Below, piece after piece: positions 46,522 through 56,865 of a DNA stretch of 64,000 nucleotides (positions are counted from its first letter, which is position 1; each line of letters opens with the position of its first letter). The DNA comes from Candidatus Heimdallarchaeota archaeon (lineage in GTDB: Archaea; Asgardarchaeota; Heimdallarchaeia; Heimdallarchaeales; Heimdallarchaeaceae): assembly GCA_030603365.1 (NCBI GenBank), contig JAUVXV010000013.1, positions 45,433-109,432 on the forward strand, given 5' to 3'. The position numbers were made by a program, and so were the translations under genes. The notes under the pieces are model-generated. The model was not told the origin of the DNA, did not search any database, and saw nothing but the letters and a program-made list of their open reading frames with translations.

Positions 46522-47799
46522 ATGAAATTTAACGATTATAACATTCAAGGTGAAATTAAAAGAGCTTTGGATGAAATGGGGATACATACCCCAACAGATA
46601 TTCAAGAAAAAGCGATACCAGAAATTCTAAAGGGCGAAGATACACATATTTTGGCACAAGCTAAAACTGGAACAGGAAAAACTTTAGCTTTCGCAATACC
46701 TATAGTAGAATTTCTCGATCCAACACTAAGAAAAGTTCAAGCGGTTATTCTAGTTCCAACTAGAGAATTATGCAAGCAAGTATACAATGTTATTTCCAAA
46801 CTGGGAAAACACAGAAGACTCAAAGCTGTGGAAGTATACGGTGGAGTTTCGATAAATAGACAAATTGAAAAAATCAAATCTGGAGCACAAATCGTAGTAG
46901 CGACACCTGGAAGATTAATAGACCTATACCATCGAAATGCTATTTCATTTGGAGCAGTGCAATTTGCAGTTCTTGATGAAGCAGATAGGATGCTTGATAT
47001 GGGGTTCCTGCCTGATGTAGATTTTATTTTATTTGATGCCATGAAAAATGTTTATCCAAGATTACTTCTTTTTTCAGCAACAATGCTTCCTGAAGTGAAA
47101 AATATCATGATGGACTATAGTTTGGATGACAAAATAGTAGAAATAGACGTTAGTAGAGATGATCTGACTGTTTCTTCTTGTAAACAATATTATTATGAAA
47201 TCAAAGATACCAAGCAGAAATACAATTCATTCATTAGGCTTCTACAAAGAGAAAAACCTTCATCATGTATCGTTTTTGTGAATACTAAACGATGGGCAGA
47301 TAATCTTAAGAAAAGATTGTTCAAAGATAAGAGAATCAATTTGAGGGTCGGACTTCTACAGGGAGATATGTCTCAAAGACAGCGCGAGATAGCGATGAGC
47401 GATTTTAGGAAGAAAAAAATAACATGTCTAATTGCTACAGATGTCGCTGCAAGAGGATTAGACATTCCTCATGTTTCTCATATTTTCAATTATGATTTAC
47501 CTGTAGGTAACGCAGAAAACTATGTTCATCGAATAGGTAGAACATCAAGAATGGAAAGAGCTGGAATAGCAATATCTCTAGTTGACCAAGAAGAAATGAA
47601 CATGATTAGACGTATTGAAATGTTCATGAAGAAAGATATTCAAAGATTCTATTTGACTAGAGAAGAGAGAGAGCAAGATAGAAAAAAACGTCGTGGATAT
47701 CCTAGAGTGACAGAATCCAAGCAACCCAAGAAAAAACCAGCAAGCTTAGACGATGAAGAGTTTCCTGAAACTTTTGCAGATACATCAATATATGGCTAA
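46522..47799 (+). CDS. DEAD-box RNA helicase (paralog 1)
   Basis: AQAKTGTGKT, PTRELC, TPGRL, DEAD, SAT, ARGLD, HRIGRTSR. Basic C-terminal tail. Confidence 0.9.
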   Translation: MKFNDYNIQGEIKRALDEMGIHTPTDIQEKAIPEILKGEDTHILAQAKTGTGKTLAFAIPIVEFLDPTLRKVQAVILVPTRELCKQVYNVISKLGKHRRLKAVEVYGGVSINRQIEKIKSGAQIVVATPGRLIDLYHRNAISFGAVQFAVLDEADRMLDMGFLPDVDFILFDAMKNVYPRLLLFSATMLPEVKNIMMDYSLDDKIVEIDVSRDDLTVSSCKQYYYEIKDTKQKYNSFIRLLQREKPSSCIVFVNTKRWADNLKKRLFKDKRINLRVGLLQGDMSQRQREIAMSDFRKKKITCLIATDVAARGLDIPHVSHIFNYDLPVGNAENYVHRIGRTSRMERAGIAISLVDQEEMNMIRRIEMFMKKDIQRFYLTREEREQDRKKRRGYPRVTESKQPKKKPASLDDEEFPETFADTSIYG

Positions 47800-47811
47800 G
47801 ATTTCTTCCAT

Positions 47812-48648
47812 TTATTGATTTGTTTTTTCTATTTTTTCTTTTTGAAACAGATTCATTACAATAATGCCTGCTATAATACATCCCATTCCACCTATTTGAA
47901 TAGGTAAAATACTCTCTTTAATTGCATAGGACCCAAGAATAGATGTTAATATTATACTAACTGAAGCAAAACTAAGAACAACTATGTTTGCTGGAGCCAT
48001 CGTAAAGGCAAATTGCGTATAAGCTAACGTAAGTGCTGCTAATGCAAATGTAACGAATGTAAATATCAACACAAGTTCATCTATATCGGTTATTCTCTTA
48101 GAAACTGTTTGAAAAGCCATAAACGTTCCAGCGGATAACCCTAGGAGAGTTCCTTTAATCTTTGAGGGTTTTTGAAATGCAAGATAAGACAATACACCAA
48201 TCGGTATAACAAAAGCTCCTAATATTATTAAAAAGAAAATTAGGTTAAAATCAGAATATAATAATTCAGTAGGCTCTCCGTAGAAAACAGTTATCAAAAC
48301 AGTTCCTGTAATGATCAAGAGGGTACCTCCAAGTTCCCATTTTGTTAATTTTTCCTTTAGAACAAAGAAAGAGAAAACTAGTAAGCTAACCAACCCCACT
48401 CCTTCTAGAGGTGCAATAATATTTACATTAGTGTGAAAAACAGCAAGAGAAACCCAATGAAGACCTAAGAAAGAAACTGTTAGGACTGTACCAAAAATCC
48501 AGACACCAGAATGCTTGCTTTTTAGCGTTTTATCAGTTTGCAAACCTGTTATTGCATATTTTTGGACACCCTTCCCAATGTATAATAAAATGTAAGCAAT
48601 CAACCCGAGTAATATTCCAAAAAATAAATCTATATTGAAATTGCTCAT
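47812..48648 (-). CDS. integral membrane protein (DMT/EamA-like, about 9 TM)
   Basis: Hydrophobicity pattern only. Confidence 0.45.
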   Translation of the reverse strand: MSNFNIDLFFGILLGLIAYILLYIGKGVQKYAITGLQTDKTLKSKHSGVWIFGTVLTVSFLGLHWVSLAVFHTNVNIIAPLEGVGLVSLLVFSFFVLKEKLTKWELGGTLLIITGTVLITVFYGEPTELLYSDFNLIFFLIILGAFVIPIGVLSYLAFQKPSKIKGTLLGLSAGTFMAFQTVSKRITDIDELVLIFTFVTFALAALTLAYTQFAFTMAPANIVVLSFASVSIILTSILGSYAIKESILPIQIGGMGCIIAGIIVMNLFQKEKIEKTNQ

Positions 48649-48689
48649 TGAAGTTTTTGTGATTATCTTCTACATAAGTTTTTTTCAGC

Positions 48690-48896
48690 TCAAATTGTTT
48701 CTTCAGCATCTTCTAATTTTTCAAAATTGAGTCTGAAATGAGTAGAATTCAAGAACCTTTCAGGGTCCTTTTGGAAAAGAACTAGACAAGGAGAATCACA
48801 GAAGTATAATTTCTTATTCTTGTAAACAGTTGAGACTTCCTTTGTAGGGAGATCTCCACCACAACATGTTTTTAATTTTGTAGTTTGGTTATTCAT
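48690..48896 (-). CDS. YHS-domain small metal-binding protein
   Basis: KNKKLYFCDSPCLVLFQKDPERF matches the YHS/TRASH-type motif. Confidence 0.5.
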   Translation of the reverse strand: MNNQTTKLKTCCGGDLPTKEVSTVYKNKKLYFCDSPCLVLFQKDPERFLNSTHFRLNFEKLEDAEETI

Positions 48897-48997
48897 TGAA
48901 TAGTTTCACTCTTCTCTAATTATGAGTATTTTGTAATTACAAAAATAGCTTTTAATTGACAGCTAGATTAAAAAGAGAAAACAAACATTGTATATTT

Positions 48998-49285
48998 ATG
49001 AAAGTACTAACCTTTCATTTTAGAAGTAGCAAGTCGTTTGATGAAGTAATGAAATTAGCAGAATCAAGAGAAAAACAGTACGGGGAAGTACCAGGACTAT
49101 CACAGATTGTATATATGAAAGATGAAAGAATAGATCAGTATGGAAGTATTCTTTTTTTTGATACTGAAGAAGATTTGAACAATTTTCGAACTTCAAACTT
49201 AGCAAAAACCCTTAAAGAAGTCTATCATATATCAGGAACACCAGAGATAAGAATTTTTGATGTAATTAAGCAACTGAGCAGCTAA
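48998..49285 (+). CDS. small hypothetical protein, possibly a dimeric alpha/beta-barrel (ABM-like)
   Basis: MKVLTFHFRSSKSFDEVMK...; start taken at ATG 48998 instead of the TTG at 48956. Confidence 0.35.
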   Translation: MKVLTFHFRSSKSFDEVMKLAESREKQYGEVPGLSQIVYMKDERIDQYGSILFFDTEEDLNNFRTSNLAKTLKEVYHISGTPEIRIFDVIKQLSS

Positions 49286-49451
49286 GCTACAAAGTTACAT
49301 ATGGATAGTTAATGCATTTCATTTTTTATCATAATTATTGGTTTTAAGTAAACATTATCTGTCTACAGTGAATGAGTAGGAAATTCCAACGAAAAAACTA
49401 TTAAGCTATGAATAACTAATATAAACAGTTTACATTTATCAATGTGAGTAT

Positions 49452-51395
49452 ATGAAAGGGGTATTCTATACTGAATTAAGAGAAATCGAACAACACATTC
49501 TTAGTAGTAAGTATAAAGAATCTTTGAAAAAATTGGATGGTCTTTTGAATAGAAACGAACTACTTGAAGAAGAAATTATTCAAGCAAAAATCCTTAAAGC
49601 AAGAATATTTCTTGATATTCAGCCGTTTTCTGAAGCTTTGACTAATGCAAAACAAGCATATGAGTCAAGTGTCAAAATTGATGATATCTTTCTAATTTTC
49701 GATTCAGCTCTTGTTTATAGTAAAACCTTAGGTTACTTAGGATCAAATAGTTTAGCTAGAGAAAAAACAAATCACGCAATAGAAGTTTTAGAAAAGTACC
49801 AAGATAAAGAATCACTTGGATATCTCAAAAGAAAAGCCAACATCCTCACAACTAGGTTTAGCAGCACATCAGAAGAATATTTGGATAATTTAAATCATGC
49901 TATTGACATATCTGATCAAGTAGAAGATGATTTTCAAAAAGCTTGGTATCTATTTTCCAAAGCTGATGTTTTTCTGAATCAAGGAAATTACACACGAAGT
50001 GAACATTGTTATGAACAAAGTTTGAGTATTTTTACAAACTTAGGCTATAAGATGGGGATCATAGCCTGTTCTACTAATATTGCAGCGGGTTTTCTTCAAA
50101 GAGGAGAACTTGACGAATATCTTAGATACTCATTAAAAGGATTATCATATGCAGAAGAGATTGATTCTTCTTATGCTTTAGGAGGTATATACGCTGATTT
50201 AGGTTTTTACTATTGGCAAAAAGGGGAATTGGAAACCTCATTACAATATTATGATAAATCAATTGTGCAAATAACAAAAGGAAAACACTTTGGAAATATA
50301 CACTACATTGCAGTTAATTTCAGAATGAATTTAGTTTTTCTTGAACAAGGTAAATACGAAAAAATAAACCAGAACCTAGAAAAAATGGAAATTGTTGCAT
50401 CATTAAACAGTATCCAGGATAGAAGTGGTAAATATCCCTTTATGCTTATTTACATGCTTGCTAAAACTATTTATCTCAAAGCTACTTCTTTTGATGATAA
50501 TCAAGATGAAATTGAAAGAATGCTGAAGGAGATTGTTAAAGAGAAGTTGATTTATATTGAAATGAACCGTCTAGCTTTATTTCATTTATGTGATTTTTAT
50601 CTCCAAAGATTAAAACAAACTAATGATATTGAATTAATAGACCCTATCAAACAAACTATAGACCAACTGGATAAACTAGCAGAAACACAAAAATCTTCCA
50701 TCTTACTTGCAGAAACATACTTGCTTAAATCTCATCTAGCACTAATTGAGCTTGAAGTTGAAGAAGCAAAAGTAATGCTAGAAAAGGCTCAGCAAATTGC
50801 AGAAGACAAAGGTATAATTCGTTTAGCAACACTAATTTCCAATGAATATGATCATTTTCTAGAACAAATAACTAGATGGGAAAGTTTCACTACTAAACTT
50901 CCAAACATTGCAGATCGTATGGAGTTAACTCACTTAGAGGATATGATGAATAAATTAGTCAAAAATAGAATAAGCTTTGCAGATGTATCTCAAGAAAACG
51001 AAGATCCAAGTATTTTTCTCATTATGGATAAGACGGGTCATGTTATTTTTTCAGATAATTTTGAAGACATACCTTTAGAGCCAGATGTGACTGAAGGGAT
51101 AATTTCTACCGTCCATGACTTCTTAGAAGAAAAAGAACATGAAAAGAATATGATGCACCGTCTAAAATTTAGGACTTTCAGTATAGTTCTTCATCAAAGT
51201 GAGGATTTGATACTCTGTTATGTTTTTGTTGGTAAATCCTATTCGGCTCTCAAGAAGTTTAGGAAACTCATAAATGATATTATAACATTTTCAAATATTT
51301 GGGAAGACTTACATGTCAAAGTAAAAGCTAAAGAAGAATTAAGTTTGAGTGATAGAACAAAATTGTCAGATTATCTAGAATCAATCTTTGTTTAA
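49452..51395 (+). CDS. TPR-like repeat protein with C-terminal roadblock/LC7-like domain (paralog 1)
   Basis: N-terminal helical-repeat region. C-terminal IFLIMDKTGHVIFSDNF...ILCYVFVGKSYSALKKF fits a roadblock-type beta-alpha-beta-beta-alpha pattern. Confidence 0.45.
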   Translation: MKGVFYTELREIEQHILSSKYKESLKKLDGLLNRNELLEEEIIQAKILKARIFLDIQPFSEALTNAKQAYESSVKIDDIFLIFDSALVYSKTLGYLGSNSLAREKTNHAIEVLEKYQDKESLGYLKRKANILTTRFSSTSEEYLDNLNHAIDISDQVEDDFQKAWYLFSKADVFLNQGNYTRSEHCYEQSLSIFTNLGYKMGIIACSTNIAAGFLQRGELDEYLRYSLKGLSYAEEIDSSYALGGIYADLGFYYWQKGELETSLQYYDKSIVQITKGKHFGNIHYIAVNFRMNLVFLEQGKYEKINQNLEKMEIVASLNSIQDRSGKYPFMLIYMLAKTIYLKATSFDDNQDEIERMLKEIVKEKLIYIEMNRLALFHLCDFYLQRLKQTNDIELIDPIKQTIDQLDKLAETQKSSILLAETYLLKSHLALIELEVEEAKVMLEKAQQIAEDKGIIRLATLISNEYDHFLEQITRWESFTTKLPNIADRMELTHLEDMMNKLVKNRISFADVSQENEDPSIFLIMDKTGHVIFSDNFEDIPLEPDVTEGIISTVHDFLEEKEHEKNMMHRLKFRTFSIVLHQSEDLILCYVFVGKSYSALKKFRKLINDIITFSNIWEDLHVKVKAKEELSLSDRTKLSDYLESIFV

Positions 51396-51796
51396 TTATT
51401 CAAAAGCGTTGAACTTTGTTTAAGGACAGTATCAAACTTTCTTTCCAATATCTCTTTTTGTTCCGGTGTGGCTTCTGAAAGAAGCTCAATATAAAATTTC
51501 TTTGCTTGCTTAATCATCTCTTTAGTTGCATCCATTCTATCTCTTAGAGGTCTATTTTCTAATTCAGCAATTGTTATTCTGCGCATCTTTTGCCAGTTGC
51601 TCATAACCTTCCAAGTAAAACTTTTAACAGCTGTTTCAGGTAATGAAACAAGCTCTTTTGTGATTTTTGTTATGGAGTCAACCATATCCTGTTGAGCAGG
51701 ATCCAACTGAAGTTTTTTGTATTCTTCTTCAGCTTTAGTTATTTCTTCTTGGTTAAATTCCAACTCCATAGTTTCAGTAGTCATAATATTCACCAT
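51392..51796 (-). CDS. hypothetical helical protein
   Basis: ORF only. Confidence 0.4.
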   Translation of the reverse strand: MVNIMTTETMELEFNQEEITKAEEEYKKLQLDPAQQDMVDSITKITKELVSLPETAVKSFTWKVMSNWQKMRRITIAELENRPLRDRMDATKEMIKQAKKFYIELLSEATPEQKEILERKFDTVLKQSSTLLNN

Positions 51797-52158
51797 GTCT
51801 TTTGAGTCAATTACATGTAGAGATTTCCCTATAAGTAATGTACGATGAAATTAAATGCTTTTATATTTTATTTTAGGAGCAAAAAAAAGGAAATATGTCG
51901 GGTTTAGGGGACTAAGAATAATTTTTTAAGAACAAATATTGTTATATGTGTCATCGATTAATACACTTGAGAACAAAGGGTGATTTGATTGGCATACTCA
52001 TTTGTTGTCTTTCTGTTTTCATCTCACATACACAAAACTCCTGTCTGAATAAAGAATCTTGTGGTGGTCTTTGCTAAACTAGTCTGCTTCCATATGTATG
52101 CATAAATATTAAAAACTGTAAACTTAATTGTCTTGCGTATAATGGCAGTTAGTGTAAG

Positions 52159-54084
52159 ATGAAAAGGAATTTTGCTAAGAAATTAGAAGAAATTGAACAG
52201 CTTATATTTAGAGGTAAATATAATGCAGCATTAGCTGAAATTGATACTATATATATCAGTAAAGGGATTACCAATGAAGAAAGGATAAGATGCAAAATCT
52301 TTAAAGCAAGGATTTACCTGATAATCTTTCCTTATTCTAAAGCTATCAAATACGCAGAGGAAGCTTATGAAGAGAGTAAGAGGTTAGAAAATAAAGAACT
52401 AATGTTTGATTCTTTAATAATTCTACCTAGAGCTTACTACTACCCAGGAGAATTTGAATTAATAAAAGAAAAAACAAAACAGGCTATAGATGTATTAGAT
52501 TCCTTTGAAAACAAGGATTCAGTAGCATACTTAAAAAGAAAAGCTGTTTTACCTCTTCTTCAAGGACAGCGGTATTACACATCGTTTTCAGATATAGAAA
52601 AAAGTTTAGTTGCTTCAGAAAAACTGGGGATAGATGCACTGAAAGTTGATTCCTATCTCTCTCTTGGATCAAGACACCTATGGTCTGGAAATCTGGATAA
52701 GGCATTAAATTATGCACTAATGAGTTTAGAAATTAGCGACAAAATAAACTATCACTTTGGAAAAGTAATTGGTCTTGCTCAAATAGTAGTAATATACTTG
52801 CAGAAAGGTGAATTGAATCTTTCAAGAGAATATGTTTTTAAAAGTCTAGCAATGTATGAACCGAAAGATAGGAACCCATATTTTGAGGCTTGTATGTTAA
52901 TAAATCTAGGCACAATATATTGGTTCAAAAGAGACCTATCAAATTCTTTGAAATACTATGAGAAAGCTTCAGCGCTATTAAAAAAATCTAAGGTAGTAAA
53001 AACATATCACTATTCTGTGAGTCTCTCACGAATTAATACCATTCTTATTGAACTAGGTAAAAACAAAGAAGTTTTACAGAACATCAAGCAAATTGAAGAT
53101 TTGTACTTATCTAACCGTCAGCATATTATCAAGAAGATTCTTAATCTGTCTAAAGCAACTTATCTAAAATCTAAATCTAAAGAATCTGATATCAATGAAG
53201 CTATTTCTCTTCTAGAAGAATTTGCTGATGATTCAATTGCTTATCTAGAACTAAATGGATTGATTGTATTTCATTTGTGTGATTTATATCTCAAGAAAAT
53301 CACAACATTTAATGATCTACAGATTTATGAGAAACTTAAGCACAAAGTGAAAACGCTAGGACAAATGGCAGAACATGATAATTCGAATATCTTGCTTGCA
53401 CAGTCTCTTCTTCTTCAATCAAAACTAGAGTTGATTGATTTCAATGTGAAAGAAGGGCAGCTATTGTTGGAGAAGGCACAGAAAATAGCCGAAGAAAAGG
53501 GAATCACACATCTCGCTAAAGTGATTTCTGGTGAATATGATATTCTGTTAGACCAACTTAGTAGATGGCAAGAGATGTCAACCTACATTCCAAGTCTAGA
53601 AGAACGATTTGAGTTTACACATATTGAAGATCTTTTAGCGAGAATGATAAGAAATAATGCCCTTTATATGGATATTCAAGATGAGAAAGAACAACCATAT
53701 TTCTTTCTAATTATGAATAAAGGAGGTACAATTATTTTCTCTGAAAAATTCAGCAAAACCCCCTTGGGTAACGATTTACTCCAAGGAATTCAGAAAATTA
53801 TCAATGAAAGTGTTCGTAGCGTGTCGTTACAAGATGACAGAATTAAACGAATTAAATACCAGCACTACACCATTGCTATTAGTTTTCAAGAAGACGTGTT
53901 ACTAATCTATGTGTTCGTTGGCCAATCTTATCTTGCTGTTCAAAAACTCCATTCCTTAGAAGATGAAATTCGTTCTTTCACACAGGAATGGAGTAAATAC
54001 TACAGAGAATTTAAAACCAATCAAGAATTATCTCTTCAAGAAAGGATGAATCTTTGTAAATCATTAGAAAAAGCCTTCGTATGA
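52159..54084 (+). CDS. TPR-like repeat protein with C-terminal roadblock/LC7-like domain (paralog 2)
   Basis: Collinear with 49452..51395: same N-terminal MK..F..L.EIEQ.I and C-terminal FFLIMNKGGTIIFSEKF...LLIYVFVGQSYLAVQKL. Confidence 0.45.
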   Translation: MKRNFAKKLEEIEQLIFRGKYNAALAEIDTIYISKGITNEERIRCKIFKARIYLIIFPYSKAIKYAEEAYEESKRLENKELMFDSLIILPRAYYYPGEFELIKEKTKQAIDVLDSFENKDSVAYLKRKAVLPLLQGQRYYTSFSDIEKSLVASEKLGIDALKVDSYLSLGSRHLWSGNLDKALNYALMSLEISDKINYHFGKVIGLAQIVVIYLQKGELNLSREYVFKSLAMYEPKDRNPYFEACMLINLGTIYWFKRDLSNSLKYYEKASALLKKSKVVKTYHYSVSLSRINTILIELGKNKEVLQNIKQIEDLYLSNRQHIIKKILNLSKATYLKSKSKESDINEAISLLEEFADDSIAYLELNGLIVFHLCDLYLKKITTFNDLQIYEKLKHKVKTLGQMAEHDNSNILLAQSLLLQSKLELIDFNVKEGQLLLEKAQKIAEEKGITHLAKVISGEYDILLDQLSRWQEMSTYIPSLEERFEFTHIEDLLARMIRNNALYMDIQDEKEQPYFFLIMNKGGTIIFSEKFSKTPLGNDLLQGIQKIINESVRSVSLQDDRIKRIKYQHYTIAISFQEDVLLIYVFVGQSYLAVQKLHSLEDEIRSFTQEWSKYYREFKTNQELSLQERMNLCKSLEKAFV

Positions 54085-54120
54085 GATAATTTCCTATGAG
54101 TTGTTATCTACTAGATTGGA

Positions 54121-54831
54121 CTATTCGAGTGAATATTCAAGGGTAGCTAATGCATGAATTGTAGTTGTATCAAAAACTGGTATAGGACAATCCTCTTGTT
54201 GAATTAACAAAGGAATTTCCGTACATCCCAGAATCACTCCTTCTGCTCCCTCCTCTTTTAGTCTCTCAATTACCTCAAGATATCCTTTCTTAGATTCATG
54301 AGTTAGAATATGAAATGTTAATTCATCAAAAATTACTTTGTTCACATATTCCTGATCCTCTTCATTGGGAACAATAATTTCTAGGCTATACTTTTGAAAC
54401 ACTTTCTGGAAGAAATCTAATTGCATAGTAAAGATAGTTCCCAATAATCCTACTTTTTTCAAACTTAGGGATTTTACAGCTTCAGCAGTCACATCTAATA
54501 TACTAATCATTGGGGTTTCAATTTCGTTTTCAACTCTATCGAAGACTTTGTGGACAGTGTTAGTTGCGATGATGATGACTTCAGCTCCAGCTTTTTCTAA
54601 ATTTACTGCAGATTGGTGAATAATATTGAATACACCATCCCAATTACCTTGACTCATTAAGCCTACAACCTCGCTTAAATCTAAGCTATCGATGATTAGT
54701 AATGGAGAAGATGAACCGCCTACTCTTCTATTATACTCTTTAATCAAGATTTTATAATATTCAACAGAAGATTCAGCACTTAAACCACCTATAATACCTA
54801 TTTTCTTCATTAAATCTATATTGAACTCCAT
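54121..54831 (-). CDS. Asp/Glu racemase-family protein of the YgeA type (Thr/Cys catalytic pair)
   Basis: IGIIGGLSAESS; IIATNTVHK (Thr where aspartate racemases have the first catalytic Cys); GCTEIPLL (second catalytic Cys). Confidence 0.65.
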   Translation of the reverse strand: MEFNIDLMKKIGIIGGLSAESSVEYYKILIKEYNRRVGGSSSPLLIIDSLDLSEVVGLMSQGNWDGVFNIIHQSAVNLEKAGAEVIIIATNTVHKVFDRVENEIETPMISILDVTAEAVKSLSLKKVGLLGTIFTMQLDFFQKVFQKYSLEIIVPNEEDQEYVNKVIFDELTFHILTHESKKGYLEVIERLKEEGAEGVILGCTEIPLLIQQEDCPIPVFDTTTIHALATLEYSLE

Positions 54832-54944
54832 TCTCTTATAATTTTCTCATTGAATATGGTCACATATCTGGAAAAAACTTAAAATTCGATTTCTCGATTT
54901 ATTATTTGGTGTTAAAACTGTTTTATAATATAAATGGAATTAAG

Positions 54945-55691
54945 ATGAACACTGTTTCTTTTGGCTCTGGCGAAGATACCTTCTTAGGAATCAGCGGTTT
55001 TGTAGCTGATTGGCATGTCTGGATGAATGTTTTCGAACTATTAAGTACAAAGATGAGGTGTGTAGGGTACGATCATCGCGGTTCAGGAGAAAGTGTTGCT
55101 CTTCCAGAAACTATCACTAAACAAGCTTATGTTGATGATTTAATTAGTGTGATGGATAAATTAGGCGTAGAGCAATGTATTCTAGGAGGAGAGTCTTTTG
55201 GAGGAACAATAGCTATTCTAGCTGTCTTGCAGCATCCTGAACGTTTCAAAGGCTTAGTAATCGTAGATACCTCTAATTCAAGTGCAGTGCCTCTTAATGA
55301 AGGACAAAAACAATTTATCAATTTAATCAAATCAAATCACTTGTTAGCAATGCAAGAATTCATCAATAGTGTCTTTCCAGAACCGGACTCTGAACACTTT
55401 AAACGCTGGGGAGTTCGCATCTGTATGAAACCTAAACCTGAAGTTGCAGTTCGTTGTGTTGAATTAGGATCTGAAGGCGACACTAATGTACAAGTTCAAG
55501 ATATTGAGATTCCAACTCTTATTGTTTATGGAGATAAAGATTCTGAAGCAGCAACAAAACATTGTACTTATCTGGCTAAGGCTATTCCTAATGCTACACT
55601 AAAGGTAGTTGAAGGAGCAGGACATGTTCCAATACTTACTCGACCATATGAAGTTGTAGAAGCAATAGAAAAGAGATTTTCGAACATTTGA
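54945..55691 (+). CDS. alpha/beta-fold hydrolase
   Basis: Nucleophile elbow GESFGG. C-terminal GAGHVP with the His of the triad. Confidence 0.7.
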   Translation: MNTVSFGSGEDTFLGISGFVADWHVWMNVFELLSTKMRCVGYDHRGSGESVALPETITKQAYVDDLISVMDKLGVEQCILGGESFGGTIAILAVLQHPERFKGLVIVDTSNSSAVPLNEGQKQFINLIKSNHLLAMQEFINSVFPEPDSEHFKRWGVRICMKPKPEVAVRCVELGSEGDTNVQVQDIEIPTLIVYGDKDSEAATKHCTYLAKAIPNATLKVVEGAGHVPILTRPYEVVEAIEKRFSNI

Positions 55692-55793
55692 TGATTGAGA
55701 AAAACATCTACTTCATTTTTCTAAAGTTGTTCACTTTAGTTGTTTAAATGAGAACCTATTCAAAAAAGGGAGAACAAGATATGTTGAGCAAAA

Positions 55794-56831
55794 ATGAAAA
55801 ACAAATTACTCAAACTAACATTCGGATTAGCTTTCCTGACTTTGCTTATAGCAAGTCAAGTAAGTGCAGACGACCAAGATTTCTTATGGGAAGAAAACAG
55901 TAACCAAGTGACATTTTCATATTATGATATGCACTTTATAGCTAAAGCTGGAGGACAAGTTCCTAAATTCCAGTTTATGACTGACGCAGGTTTTGAATAT
56001 GCAATTATGTTCCATTCACTAACTGAATATCTAGATTATAATGAAGATGGAGTATTCCAGTTCAATGAAACAGGTTTATGGAAAGAAGAAGCTCCTCCAG
56101 GACCAGTATTCTCAAATACACTTCCATTATCAAGTGTAAGGTTTACTTTTAGTGGTTTTGATGTAGAATACACTGAAGGAACTGAAGAATTATCTGCTGT
56201 TCATTTCAACTATACTTCTGACACAATTAATGCACCAAACTATGGTGATTTCGATATAACAATTGTAGTTCATCTATACCTTGCAGACCAAGATATTGAT
56301 GGTTATGAACTAAAAGGTGGTCAAGAGATGAAATTCGACATCATCATGAACAACTGGCCATGGCAAAGAGAAGACACAAACCTTGCTTTGCGATTTGACC
56401 TCATACCAATGAACACAGCATACAATTACAGACTTAACGATACTAATGGTAATACTGTAAATGCAAATGAAAACACAACTGGTTATGAATACAAAGTACT
56501 CAATCATGGAGATGCTGTGAAAGAACAGTTCTCAATTGGTGAAGAACAATACCAAGCTTTCTTTGCTTATGCAAATCAAGCCCAATATTTGATCAACAAT
56601 TCCTATGAATATAAGACAGTTAATTGTTCAGTCTCTTCTTTAGGTGATGGTACCGTCCAAACTTATTTGAGCTTTGAGCACTTCAATGATGAAGTAACCT
56701 ACGATCCCTCAATAGGTACTCTTGAAGACCCAGTAATTGATGAAACTGGCTTTGGAGTTGTAGAAATCGTTACCATAAGTGCTGTATCCGTACTAGCAAT
56801 TACACTATTAACCCGAAAACTAAAGAAGTAA
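55794..56831 (+). CDS. secreted protein with C-terminal TM anchor
   Basis: Signal peptide LLKLTFGLAFLTLLIASQVSA. C-terminal VVEIVTISAVSVLAITLLTRKLKK. Confidence 0.4.
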   Translation: MKNKLLKLTFGLAFLTLLIASQVSADDQDFLWEENSNQVTFSYYDMHFIAKAGGQVPKFQFMTDAGFEYAIMFHSLTEYLDYNEDGVFQFNETGLWKEEAPPGPVFSNTLPLSSVRFTFSGFDVEYTEGTEELSAVHFNYTSDTINAPNYGDFDITIVVHLYLADQDIDGYELKGGQEMKFDIIMNNWPWQREDTNLALRFDLIPMNTAYNYRLNDTNGNTVNANENTTGYEYKVLNHGDAVKEQFSIGEEQYQAFFAYANQAQYLINNSYEYKTVNCSVSSLGDGTVQTYLSFEHFNDEVTYDPSIGTLEDPVIDETGFGVVEIVTISAVSVLAITLLTRKLKK

Positions 56832-56865
56832 TGCAGAACTTCTTCCTCTTTTTCTATTTTTTCTT

